Origin: a virus | Lineage: Duplodnaviria; Caudoviricetes | DNA: 28,859 nt | Virus record (IMG/VR): IMGVR_UViG_3300025301_002579 | Location: 1 to 28,859 of that record | Reading direction: 5' to 3' (one strand) | In this document: in pieces, positions 17,621 to 24,752 of the stretch | Position numbering within the stretch: the stretch's first letter is position 1 | Layout of the letters: the number at the start of each line of letters is the position of its first letter | The notes under the pieces: generated by a model | Database searches by the model: none | Told to the model about the DNA's origin: nothing | Seen by the model: the letters and a program-made list of their open reading frames with translations, nothing else | Made by a program: the position numbers and the translations under genes

Positions 17621-18450
17621 TAATTCATTTGTATTAATTGTTTAATTGTTCGACCAATTTCACTGAGAGATACTTTTTTACCCTCCAAAGCATCCTGATA
17701 AACTTTCGTATGCAAGTTTTCAAAATGTCTTGTTAAATCTATGTCTCTTTCTCCGATTACAAACTTTCTAAACTGATTGTCCATTGGAGCTTTTAGAGAC
17801 AGCTCCCATTTGATATTGACATTGGGAAACCAAATCTTTCCTTTGGCATAGTCTGTTTCTAAAGTTTCTATCTTCCACTCCACTGGCTTACCAAAGAACC
17901 AGAATAATAAATCAAAATAATGAACGCCTATGTTGAATAATATCCCTCCCGATTTTTTGTCATCACCTTTCCAGCCTTTCCAGTAGAAATCACCACGATG
18001 CATTCTCAATGTTAACTCTCCATCCAACACAGGACGATCTTTGTCAATCCATTCTTTTATCTCTTGCAATTCAGGGTTATGTCTGAGTTGTAGAACTGGA
18101 AATAGGTTACCGTTAGCTACATCTTCAAGTTTATTAAAATGCTCTACCGATGTAACTAGAGGTTTTTCACAAATAACTTTTTTACCTTTCTCGATACACA
18201 CCATAACATGTACATAGTGAAGATGGTTAGGGGTACAAACACTAACCCACTCAACTTCCTTAAATTCTTCAGACTCTATTAAATCTTTAAAGTGGTCAAA
18301 AAAGGCTGTTTCCTTAGGTAGCTTTTGGTGTTTTTCCACATCAATATCACAACCAGCGATGATCTTTCCTCCGATATCTTTAATAGCATCTATATGTCGT
18401 TGGCTTATAAAGCCAAGTCCTATAATCGCCCATTTAGTTTCTTTTTTCAT
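17620..18450 (-). CDS. wbpB: Gfo/Idh/MocA oxidoreductase, WbpB/WlbA-like NDP-sugar 3-dehydrogenase
   Basis: AIIGLGFISQRH, VCTPNHLH, CEKPLV, LQLRHNP, WKGDDKKSGGILFNIGVHYFD, FENLHTKVY. Confidence 0.82.
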   Translation of the reverse strand: MKKETKWAIIGLGFISQRHIDAIKDIGGKIIAGCDIDVEKHQKLPKETAFFDHFKDLIESEEFKEVEWVSVCTPNHLHYVHVMVCIEKGKKVICEKPLVTSVEHFNKLEDVANGNLFPVLQLRHNPELQEIKEWIDKDRPVLDGELTLRMHRGDFYWKGWKGDDKKSGGILFNIGVHYFDLLFWFFGKPVEWKIETLETDYAKGKIWFPNVNIKWELSLKAPMDNQFRKFVIGERDIDLTRHFENLHTKVYQDALEGKKVSLSEIGRTIKQLIQMN

Positions 18451-18841
18451 GTCTAATTCTGTGGATTAATTCTGATGTTGAGTAATTATGTTTTCTAGTA
18501 TTGAAATAGGTTTTAATCTTTAGGGTATGCCCTGTGAACTTCCTTCCTTTCCAGTCAGCTCCGATGATTCTTATATCTGGCTTTAGTTTCCTTAACAGTT
18601 TTATTAAATCATCTTCAGTCTCGTATATATGTATTTCATCTATATATTTTAAAGCTGATAGCTGTATCCATCTTTCTTCTAATGACTGAATTGGGTTCTT
18701 TTTGTTTCTTGGTCTATCTATTGCTGGATTAGTCTGCAGTCCAACGATGAGATAGTCGCATTGGCTTCTAGCTTCTTTAAACATTTTTATATGCCCTGCG
18801 TGGCATAAATCAAAAGCTCCGCATGTAAATCCTTTAATCAT
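18434..18841 (-). CDS. tagD: Cytidylyltransferase, TagD-like (glycerol-3-phosphate cytidylyltransferase family)
   Basis: GAFDLCHAGH (HxGH), CDYLIVGL, PIQSLEER, GADW, YSTSEL. Exact substrate uncertain. Confidence 0.78.
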   Translation of the reverse strand: MIKGFTCGAFDLCHAGHIKMFKEARSQCDYLIVGLQTNPAIDRPRNKKNPIQSLEERWIQLSALKYIDEIHIYETEDDLIKLLRKLKPDIRIIGADWKGRKFTGHTLKIKTYFNTRKHNYSTSELIHRIRHEKRN

Positions 18842-19847
18842 ATTCTTTTACAGCATCGATTACATATTGAACTTCTTTGGGTGTCATATCGGGATAAAGA
18901 GGTAATGAAACTATGTGTTCTCCCGTCCATTCTGTGTTGGGCAAAGTTCCTTTTAACGCATACTTTTTATAAGCTGTCATTTCATGCAAGGGTCTAAAAT
19001 GTACTGTCGTCTGTATTCCTTTGTCGTGCATATAATCCATAAAGTTATCTCTATTATTAACAAGAATAGGATAAACGTGGTTTCCAGTATTACTTTCCAA
19101 AAGTCCCTCATTATATTTATTAACAATCTCGTTACGCCGTTTAGTCATTGCTGGGAGCTTTTTTAATTGCTCGATTCCAATAGAAGCTCTAAGATCATCA
19201 CCTTTGTACCGATAACCAACGAACTTGATGTCATATTGTTTGTATCTTCCTTTATATCTTTCGGCTGTCCCAAAATCTAAGCCATGATCTCTGGCTGACC
19301 TGAACCATTCCGCTTCCTTATCATAGTTAGTAACAATCATACCCCCTTGACAAGTGGTCATATTCTTAGTGGCGTACAAGGAATAACACCAAATAGAAGG
19401 GGAGTTAGCTACATCATCCGCTTCGATGCGGTGAGCTGAGTCATAAATTGGTGCATTTGTTTTGTTTCTTTCTCCACAAAGATGCACATGAATCCCATTT
19501 AGATAGGGTTGGTTAATTAAAAGAGAGTGAGTCTCAGTATCTACAAAGTCTGGCTTAAATCCATTATTAACTATTACTTCTGCGGTAGCAGCAAAAGTTA
19601 AGCTCGGAACTTGTAGACTTGCTTGATGTTTCCAATCTCTATGGATTTTTATATACTTGACGGCTAGGTCTAAAGCTGCAGTTCCACTATCAACAAAAAT
19701 AGCGTGCTTGCCTCCAACATAATCAGCAAACCTTTCTTCAAATTCTTTGGACTTAGGACCAAGTACAACCCAGCCACTGTCGATAGTTTCGCAAATAGCT
19801 TTCTTTTCTTCTTCTCCTAGTGTTGTTTTACAGAATGGGATTTTCAT
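18834..19847 (-). CDS. DegT/DnrJ/EryC1/StrS PLP-dependent sugar aminotransferase
   Basis: Start moved to ATG 19847 (MKIPFCK; 337 aa). Motifs SGWVVLGP, FEERFA, SGTAALDLA, PSLTFAATA, DSAH, SLYATKNMTTCQGGM (PLP Lys), VHFRPLH, SLPLYP. Confidence 0.92.
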   Translation of the reverse strand: MKIPFCKTTLGEEEKKAICETIDSGWVVLGPKSKEFEERFADYVGGKHAIFVDSGTAALDLAVKYIKIHRDWKHQASLQVPSLTFAATAEVIVNNGFKPDFVDTETHSLLINQPYLNGIHVHLCGERNKTNAPIYDSAHRIEADDVANSPSIWCYSLYATKNMTTCQGGMIVTNYDKEAEWFRSARDHGLDFGTAERYKGRYKQYDIKFVGYRYKGDDLRASIGIEQLKKLPAMTKRRNEIVNKYNEGLLESNTGNHVYPILVNNRDNFMDYMHDKGIQTTVHFRPLHEMTAYKKYALKGTLPNTEWTGEHIVSLPLYPDMTPKEVQYVIDAVKEYD

Positions 19848-19873
19848 AAAAATGGGAGGTTTGACCCCCTCCC
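19848..19873 (-). terminator. Terminator/attenuator-like hairpin inside the island
   Basis: Minus strand GGGAGG-GGGTCAAA-CCTCCC-ATTTTT directly abutting the aminotransferase ATG. Confidence 0.45.
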
Positions 19874-19878
19874 GTAGG

Positions 19879-20346
19879 TTACATAGGAAAGTCGCTAGTA
19901 TCGCTGACTCTCTTTGAGTAGAACTTAGCAGGATTACCCCACCAGGCTTCAAGCGAAGGGATGTTTCTGGTAACAACCGAACCTGCACCTATCTGAGAAC
20001 TTTCACCAATCTCAATACCAGGAATGATAGTGGTGTTAGCTCCGATAGACGCTCCGTCATTGACCTTAGTTTTCATCCAATGCTTCCCTCCAGATGGAGG
20101 ATGTTTGTCATTGGTGAATACCACATGAGGTCCAATAAAGACATTGTTTCCAATTGTTACTCCGTTAGGAATAAAGCATCCCGCTTGAATCTTACAGTTG
20201 CGACCAATCGTTACTTCATCGCCTATCCATACATGGCTATGAATTATACAATCAGCCCCGATGGTACAATCACCAATGTTACTTAGTTCTTGATGCCAAA
20301 TCTTTGTTCTAAAGATTTTTCTGTTTAGATGTTGAGGCACTTTCAT
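19879..20346 (-). CDS. Hexapeptide-repeat sugar N-acyltransferase (FdtC/WbpD-like)
   Basis: Likely start ATG 20346 (MKVPQH; 155 aa); [53 protein letters not shown]. Confidence 0.87.
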   Translation of the reverse strand: MKVPQHLNRKIFRTKIWHQELSNIGDCTIGADCIIHSHVWIGDEVTIGRNCKIQAGCFIPNGVTIGNNVFIGPHVVFTNDKHPPSGGKHWMKTKVNDGASIGANTTIIPGIEIGESSQIGAGSVVTRNIPSLEAWWGNPAKFYSKRVSDTSDFPM

Positions 20347-21184
20347 TCTTGCCCTCCTTTTCTTTTTTGTTAAATTCCTCGACCACATCATTCACTCTGT
20401 CTCTTACATTCGGTAATAGAGTGTTTCTTACCGAAGTCGCATATGTCGTTACTCGTTGAGCCTTACCCTCTTTTTTCATATCTTCGTCTTGCACTTCTTT
20501 AGAACGGATTGTAAAGGTATGTCCCATTTTCTCTCCTAGTTCTGCTGGTGAGATAGTACCCTCATTGACTAGATGGAAGACTCCATGCCCTCCATCAGTC
20601 ATTAGTTTTAATAAAACAGGGAACATATCTTCAACAATCGTAACTGTTTCTTGGTTATCATTGAGCTTCTCATAGCCGAGGAGCTTGTTCAGAGTATTGC
20701 GTGGATGTGGAATAGCGGAGATAGGTAATCGAGGTCGGATAATAATTGATCGAGGATTAGCTTCTAATATCAAATGTTCTGCTACAACTTTGGATAAAGC
20801 GTAGAAGCATTTAGGATTAGGGATACTTTCTTCAGTCTTGACATCCTCTTTATCTTTACTCTCAAAGATACAAGCTGAGGAAATAAAGACATGCAGTTTG
20901 CCATGATCCTCACACAATCCAGCTATATTAGCCGCAGCTAAGGTATTGATGCCGAAAGTTTCGTTTTTGTTCTTCTCACACCAGTCAATGTCTGTTTTAG
21001 CCACAGCGTTGATAACTACATCACACTCATTAAAATTAGTCAGGTCCTTGATAGGTTGCATTCCGACAGCTCTGATGTCAGTTCTCTCGATCATAGACGA
21101 GAATCCTTTTTGTTCATTAAAGTAATCGTTTAACCGATTCCCTAACCAACCATCGCCATAAATTAAAATCTTAGTATTTTCCAT
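20309..21184 (-). CDS. NDP-4-keto-6-deoxyglucose 3,5-epimerase/4-reductase (NRS/ER-type, RmlD-like SDR)
   Basis: [30 protein letters not shown] (YxxxK), [23 protein letters not shown]. The WCE/CIF/R.PIS/PRN pattern is that of plant and Mimivirus-type bifunctional enzymes. Confidence 0.78.
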   Translation of the reverse strand: MENTKILIYGDGWLGNRLNDYFNEQKGFSSMIERTDIRAVGMQPIKDLTNFNECDVVINAVAKTDIDWCEKNKNETFGINTLAAANIAGLCEDHGKLHVFISSACIFESKDKEDVKTEESIPNPKCFYALSKVVAEHLILEANPRSIIIRPRLPISAIPHPRNTLNKLLGYEKLNDNQETVTIVEDMFPVLLKLMTDGGHGVFHLVNEGTISPAELGEKMGHTFTIRSKEVQDEDMKKEGKAQRVTTYATSVRNTLLPNVRDRVNDVVEEFNKKEKEGKNESASTSKQKNL

Positions 21185-22139
21185 TTTTATATTTATCTAT
21201 GTACCACTTAATTGTTTTTACCATCTCACGCTCGAATGTTCCTTGTTTATGACAGCATTTAGGCTTCCAGCCTAGATTCTCTAAATTCTCGGTAGACAAA
21301 GCGTACCGAGCATCATTGCCTGGTCGGTTCTTTATCATCTTTATTTCCCCTCCAAAATGTTTAATCCCAAATTCAGCTAACTGACGGTTAGATAATTCGT
21401 TATGAGCGGATACGTTATAAAAATCTCCTGCTTTTCCTTTATGTAAAACAAGGTCAATGGCTGAACAGTTGTCTATTACCCACAGCCAATCTCGTACCTC
21501 TGTCCCTTCACCATGAACAGTTATAGCTCTATTCTTGGCGATGCATTCGGCAATAACGTGGACGTACTTCTCTTGGGACTGGTATTTTCCGAAGTTGTTA
21601 GCAGACCTTGTATAAAGAATATCAAGGTTATGAGGAGGAAACAGGTAAGAATAAGTAAATACTTCTGCCGCTGCCTTGCTTCCTGAATAACGATTTTTGG
21701 GTAGAAGTCTGTCTGTTTCGCTGAAGACTCCTTTTTCAATTTCTCCATATACTTCATCAGTACTAATATGAACCATTCGCATATTGTAGTTCATCGCTAC
21801 CTCAGCAATGACTCCTGCTCCAATAATGTTGGAGTGAATATGTCTATTTGATTTTACTATCGCACGACCTACATGAGATTCAGCCGCAAAGTTAACTACC
21901 GCGTTGCACATATACAAAGCGTCAAACATTGCTTCCTCATCACAGATGTCTGCGGTAAAGAATTTAAAGCGTGGGTTGTGTTTAAATTTTTCGAGGTTCT
22001 CCCAACTGAAACCTCGTTCACTGGCGGCGTAGGTCAACTTGTCTATAAGGACAAAGTCGTAAGAGGGATATTTGTCAGCCATGTAATGGATGAAGTTACT
22101 CCCAATAAATCCTGCCGCTCCTGTTACGGCTATTTTCAT
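21171..22139 (-). CDS. rmlB: dTDP/UDP-glucose 4,6-dehydratase
   Basis: VTGAAGFIGSNF, DKLTYA, NFAAESHV, HISTDEVYG, YSGSKAAAE, NNFG.YQ..EK, RDWLWV.D, RPGNDARYAL. Confidence 0.93.
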   Translation of the reverse strand: MKIAVTGAAGFIGSNFIHYMADKYPSYDFVLIDKLTYAASERGFSWENLEKFKHNPRFKFFTADICDEEAMFDALYMCNAVVNFAAESHVGRAIVKSNRHIHSNIIGAGVIAEVAMNYNMRMVHISTDEVYGEIEKGVFSETDRLLPKNRYSGSKAAAEVFTYSYLFPPHNLDILYTRSANNFGKYQSQEKYVHVIAECIAKNRAITVHGEGTEVRDWLWVIDNCSAIDLVLHKGKAGDFYNVSAHNELSNRQLAEFGIKHFGGEIKMIKNRPGNDARYALSTENLENLGWKPKCCHKQGTFEREMVKTIKWYIDKYKNGKY

Positions 22140-22167
22140 AATGCTCGTTAAAGTACTTAACTAATTA

Positions 22168-22178
22168 ATTATACCACA
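22168..22178 (-). promoter_or_regulatory. Extended -10 sigma70-type promoter for the glycosylation island
   Basis: Minus strand TGTGGTATAAT (TG-n-TATAAT), 28 nt upstream of the rmlB ATG; possible weak -35 TTCACC with a 16-nt spacer. Confidence 0.7.
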
Positions 22179-22179
22179 T

Positions 22180-22210
22180 AAAAGAAAAAGGTGAAGACAA
22201 TCTCTCCACC
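22180..22210 (-). terminator. Intrinsic terminator ending the head operon
   Basis: Minus strand GGTGGAGA-GATTG-TCTTCACC-TTTTTCTTTT immediately after the TAG of the 78-aa ORF; 8-bp stem with one G-U. Confidence 0.75.
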
Positions 22211-22447
22211 CTAATCTGCGTCATTGGGAGTTTGGTCTGCATTAAAGCAGTCAATCCCGCAAAAGCGATATTGATTTCGGCTACCTTTAAAGCATCTATG
22301 AGTCCTTTTCATTCCACAGTTCCAGCATAAAGTCTCGTCATAACTATCAACTTTACTTACTTGTTTCTTTACTACTTTTTCAACCTCAACTTTAGGAGCT
22401 TTCCGTGGTCTTCCCACAGATTTTTTTACTGCTTTTTTAATAGGCAT
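22211..22447 (-). CDS. Small basic protein with AT-hook-like GRPRK and Cys-rich putative Zn-binding module
   Basis: KKSVGRPRKAPK; CWNC...HRC...FCGIDC. Confidence 0.6.
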   Translation of the reverse strand: MPIKKAVKKSVGRPRKAPKVEVEKVVKKQVSKVDSYDETLCWNCGMKRTHRCFKGSRNQYRFCGIDCFNADQTPNDAD

Positions 22448-22448
22448 A

Positions 22449-22649
22449 TCAAGAGTGAGTTAGTGGAACTTCGGTGTTATGTTCCCCATGAGATGGTTGT
22501 TTGAACTGAGCTGGGTTAGCAATACGGTAAGCATTAGCAGATGCTGGAGAGCGAAATACTAATCCATGTGCTGCTGAAGTAGCTAAAGTAATAAACCCTT
22601 CACCTAATGGTTGGTTATTGTTATCGTCTCTTCCGTCGGATAAACTCAT
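22449..22649 (-). CDS. Hypothetical small protein downstream of the capsid gene
   Basis: 66 aa; A-rich leader AATAATAAAAAAATG; tightly packed with the next gene. Confidence 0.55.
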   Translation of the reverse strand: MSLSDGRDDNNNQPLGEGFITLATSAAHGLVFRSPASANAYRIANPAQFKQPSHGEHNTEVPLTHS

Positions 22650-22674
22650 TTTTTTATTTATTAGCTTAATGTTT

Positions 22675-22772
22675 GATGACGACCTTTAATTCTTCACCAA
22701 AGGGAAGCTAATAAACTTCCCCTAACCATTGAGTTATAAAGCTGGTTAGCCACTTCGATACTTGTCTTCATC
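22675..22772 (-). other. Structured intergenic RNA / weak terminator after the capsid gene
   Basis: Minus-strand hairpins CTAACCA/TGGTTAG and GGGAAGT/GCTTCCC (followed by TTT), enclosed by GATGAAGAC/GTCGTCATC. Confidence 0.4.
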
Positions 22773-22778
22773 CCAATT

Positions 22779-23855
22779 CTAAGTAGAAGTTGGAATTGCG
22801 GACAAAGTAAGACCTGCGTCTTCTCGAGCAGAAGTAGATGAAGTACCAGTCATAACATCATCAGAGCCAGTCCAAAGAATCAAACCTGAGGAGACGTTCA
22901 ACACCTTAGAGGTGAAGTGTGCCTTCCAACCGTAAGTGGTTGATTGGTTCAATGGGTCAGACTTAGATGGACCTTGTACTAAGAAGGTTTTAACACCTCC
23001 ATCCAGTTCGGTTGCACCATAGAATGAGCGACCAAAGATTACAGTTCCGTATGCTAGGGCTGATACACCACCAGCAACAGAGATAGCAAATCCATTACCA
23101 GAACCAGCAGAAACTGGGGTTTGAGTAGTTTCGACGAATCGAACACCCTCAACCCTTCCAATTTCACCCCTGTATAAGAACTCAGGAGTTGTGTACTGAT
23201 GCCAGTTCTGCCATGTGCTGTCAGAACGTAAGTCTTCAGAAATCAACGGGTGAATAATACCGATGTAGTTCTGTCCATCCACTGTAGGAGCGTTTCTTCG
23301 GCGGAGTTCGCCAGCAGAACGTCTAATATCGGAAACAGCGATCAACACATTACTGTAAGTATTTGCAACAAAGTTATCTGTTGAAATAAGTAATTCAGAA
23401 GATGTCTTGACAATGTTGATGGATGACACTGCAGTATTAGGGTCATCGAAGAATAGGATTGCTTGCATGATTGACTTATCAATCGTTTCAGCAGCTTGGT
23501 GAGCCAATTCTTGAGTAGCCATGTCTAGAACATCAGTGATTGATGCTAGTTCAACAGTGTCTTCAAGAACGGTGTAACCTCCATAAACTTCAATGAGCGA
23601 TGATACTTTCAGTGTGGAAAGAACGTTAGCAGATGGTCTAATACCAGCAGTAACCTTCTGACCGTAACCCAATCGTCGTGGTCTGTTCCAAATAACGCTA
23701 GTACCTTCGTTTAACGGAAGGGGCTTTTTAACAGCGAATTGAAAGAACTTAGTCTCTGGATTTAAAGTTTCGAGAAGCATGCGGTCATAGTAACTTTTAA
23801 TGGTATTCGTCAACGACGTAGTCGTTGTAAATGTACCAATATCAATTGCAGGCAT
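22779..23855 (-). CDS. Major capsid protein, N4-gp56 family (HK97 fold)
   Basis: YYDRMLL, FFQFAVKKPLPLNEG, YIGIIHP..SEDLRSD, GEIGRVEGVRFVET, KSDPLNQSTTYGWKA. Confidence 0.9.
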   Translation of the reverse strand: MPAIDIGTFTTTTSLTNTIKSYYDRMLLETLNPETKFFQFAVKKPLPLNEGTSVIWNRPRRLGYGQKVTAGIRPSANVLSTLKVSSLIEVYGGYTVLEDTVELASITDVLDMATQELAHQAAETIDKSIMQAILFFDDPNTAVSSINIVKTSSELLISTDNFVANTYSNVLIAVSDIRRSAGELRRRNAPTVDGQNYIGIIHPLISEDLRSDSTWQNWHQYTTPEFLYRGEIGRVEGVRFVETTQTPVSAGSGNGFAISVAGGVSALAYGTVIFGRSFYGATELDGGVKTFLVQGPSKSDPLNQSTTYGWKAHFTSKVLNVSSGLILWTGSDDVMTGTSSTSAREDAGLTLSAIPTST

Positions 23856-23880
23856 GCGTTTCTAAATTTAGTTTATGTTT

Positions 23881-24648
23881 CTATTGAGAGAATCTCTCTT
23901 TTTCTAAGATCATTTTCCTGATCTCAGATAGGGGAATGCTTTTATCTTCCACAAGACTTTCAACAGACCGAGTGTCTCTAGGAGTTGGTTTAGCTACTCC
24001 TGTAATTGCAGCTTGTTTTAATTGCTGCATGTCTTGTGCTTCTTGCGTTCCTTGTACGTTAGCTTGCTTACTAACGTCATCGAATTTAGCTGCCTTGTAA
24101 GCGACCTCCCAACTAACTCCTGGATTATCTTTAACTACTTTAGCCATTTGCGTAGCGTAGTTCTTCGCATCTGGACTCTTGTTAAAAAGATTCATTAGAG
24201 CTATTTGGTCCTGAAGGGGTTTCGTTTGCTGTTTGACGATATTCTGAACAACTCGGAGGGCTTCATCATGACTCTCGACTGGTCCAACGGATTCGTTAGA
24301 TGACTCTTGAGGAAGTTCCTGTTCTTCAGTTTCTCGTGCGTTCGCCAACTCTGCCATGCTCATTTCGACTTTAGTGTTGTGGCTTTCTAAGTGTGCGTAG
24401 GCTTTTGCCATATCTTCTGGCGACTGCCAACCTTTTTTAGCCGCAAGTTCAGCGAAGGTTGTCTCTATTGAAGAGGCCTGGACTTCACCTGGCTGTTGAG
24501 CATTAAGACTGCCAACAGACTCAGACTGAACCTGAGTGGGCGAGTTCTGATGAGCTTGTCCAACGGTATCCCGACTAGTAATAGTTCCATCGTTTCCGAT
24601 TGGTTCTGTACCAGAGGGAATAACGGGGGCTTGATTCTCGTTATCCAT
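23881..24648 (-). CDS. Capsid scaffolding protein
   Basis: Likely start ATG 24648 (MDNENQ; 255 aa); acidic disordered N-terminus, KGWQSPEDMAKAYAHLE motif, helical Q/A-rich body; directly upstream of the capsid gene. Confidence 0.72.
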   Translation of the reverse strand: MDNENQAPVIPSGTEPIGNDGTITSRDTVGQAHQNSPTQVQSESVGSLNAQQPGEVQASSIETTFAELAAKKGWQSPEDMAKAYAHLESHNTKVEMSMAELANARETEEQELPQESSNESVGPVESHDEALRVVQNIVKQQTKPLQDQIALMNLFNKSPDAKNYATQMAKVVKDNPGVSWEVAYKAAKFDDVSKQANVQGTQEAQDMQQLKQAAITGVAKPTPRDTRSVESLVEDKSIPLSEIRKMILEKERFSQ

Positions 24649-24666
24649 AGGTTTATCTTTTTTTAC

Positions 24667-24730
24667 CTTTACAGGTATAAGTCCTACTCCAAGAAAGCGA
24701 GAACTTAGAATAGGAGTTATACCCATAAAG
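24667..24730 (-). promoter_or_regulatory. Long mRNA hairpin in the scaffold gene leader
   Basis: Minus strand CUUUAUGGGUAUAA-C-UCCUAUUCUAAG-[UUCUCGCUUU]-CUUGGAGUAGGA-C-UUAUACCUGUAAAG: 26 bp including 4 G-U pairs plus one C-C mismatch. Confidence 0.7.
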
Positions 24731-24752
24731 TATATTAATGTAGCGACTTAAT

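Noticed and set aside
11343-22139. Island as an ordinary bacterial O-antigen/capsule locus or misassembly
   Set aside because: No wzx, wzy, wzz, ABC transporter or initiating transferase; it is flanked on both sides by collinear phage head and neck genes and shares their strand and start style. Read-level checking is still advisable.
4330-24726. Longest-ORF starts at 5676, 19988, 20391 and 24726
   Set aside because: They overlap upstream genes or run through hairpins; internal ATGs at 5616, 19847, 20346 and 24648 match family N-termini and gene packing.
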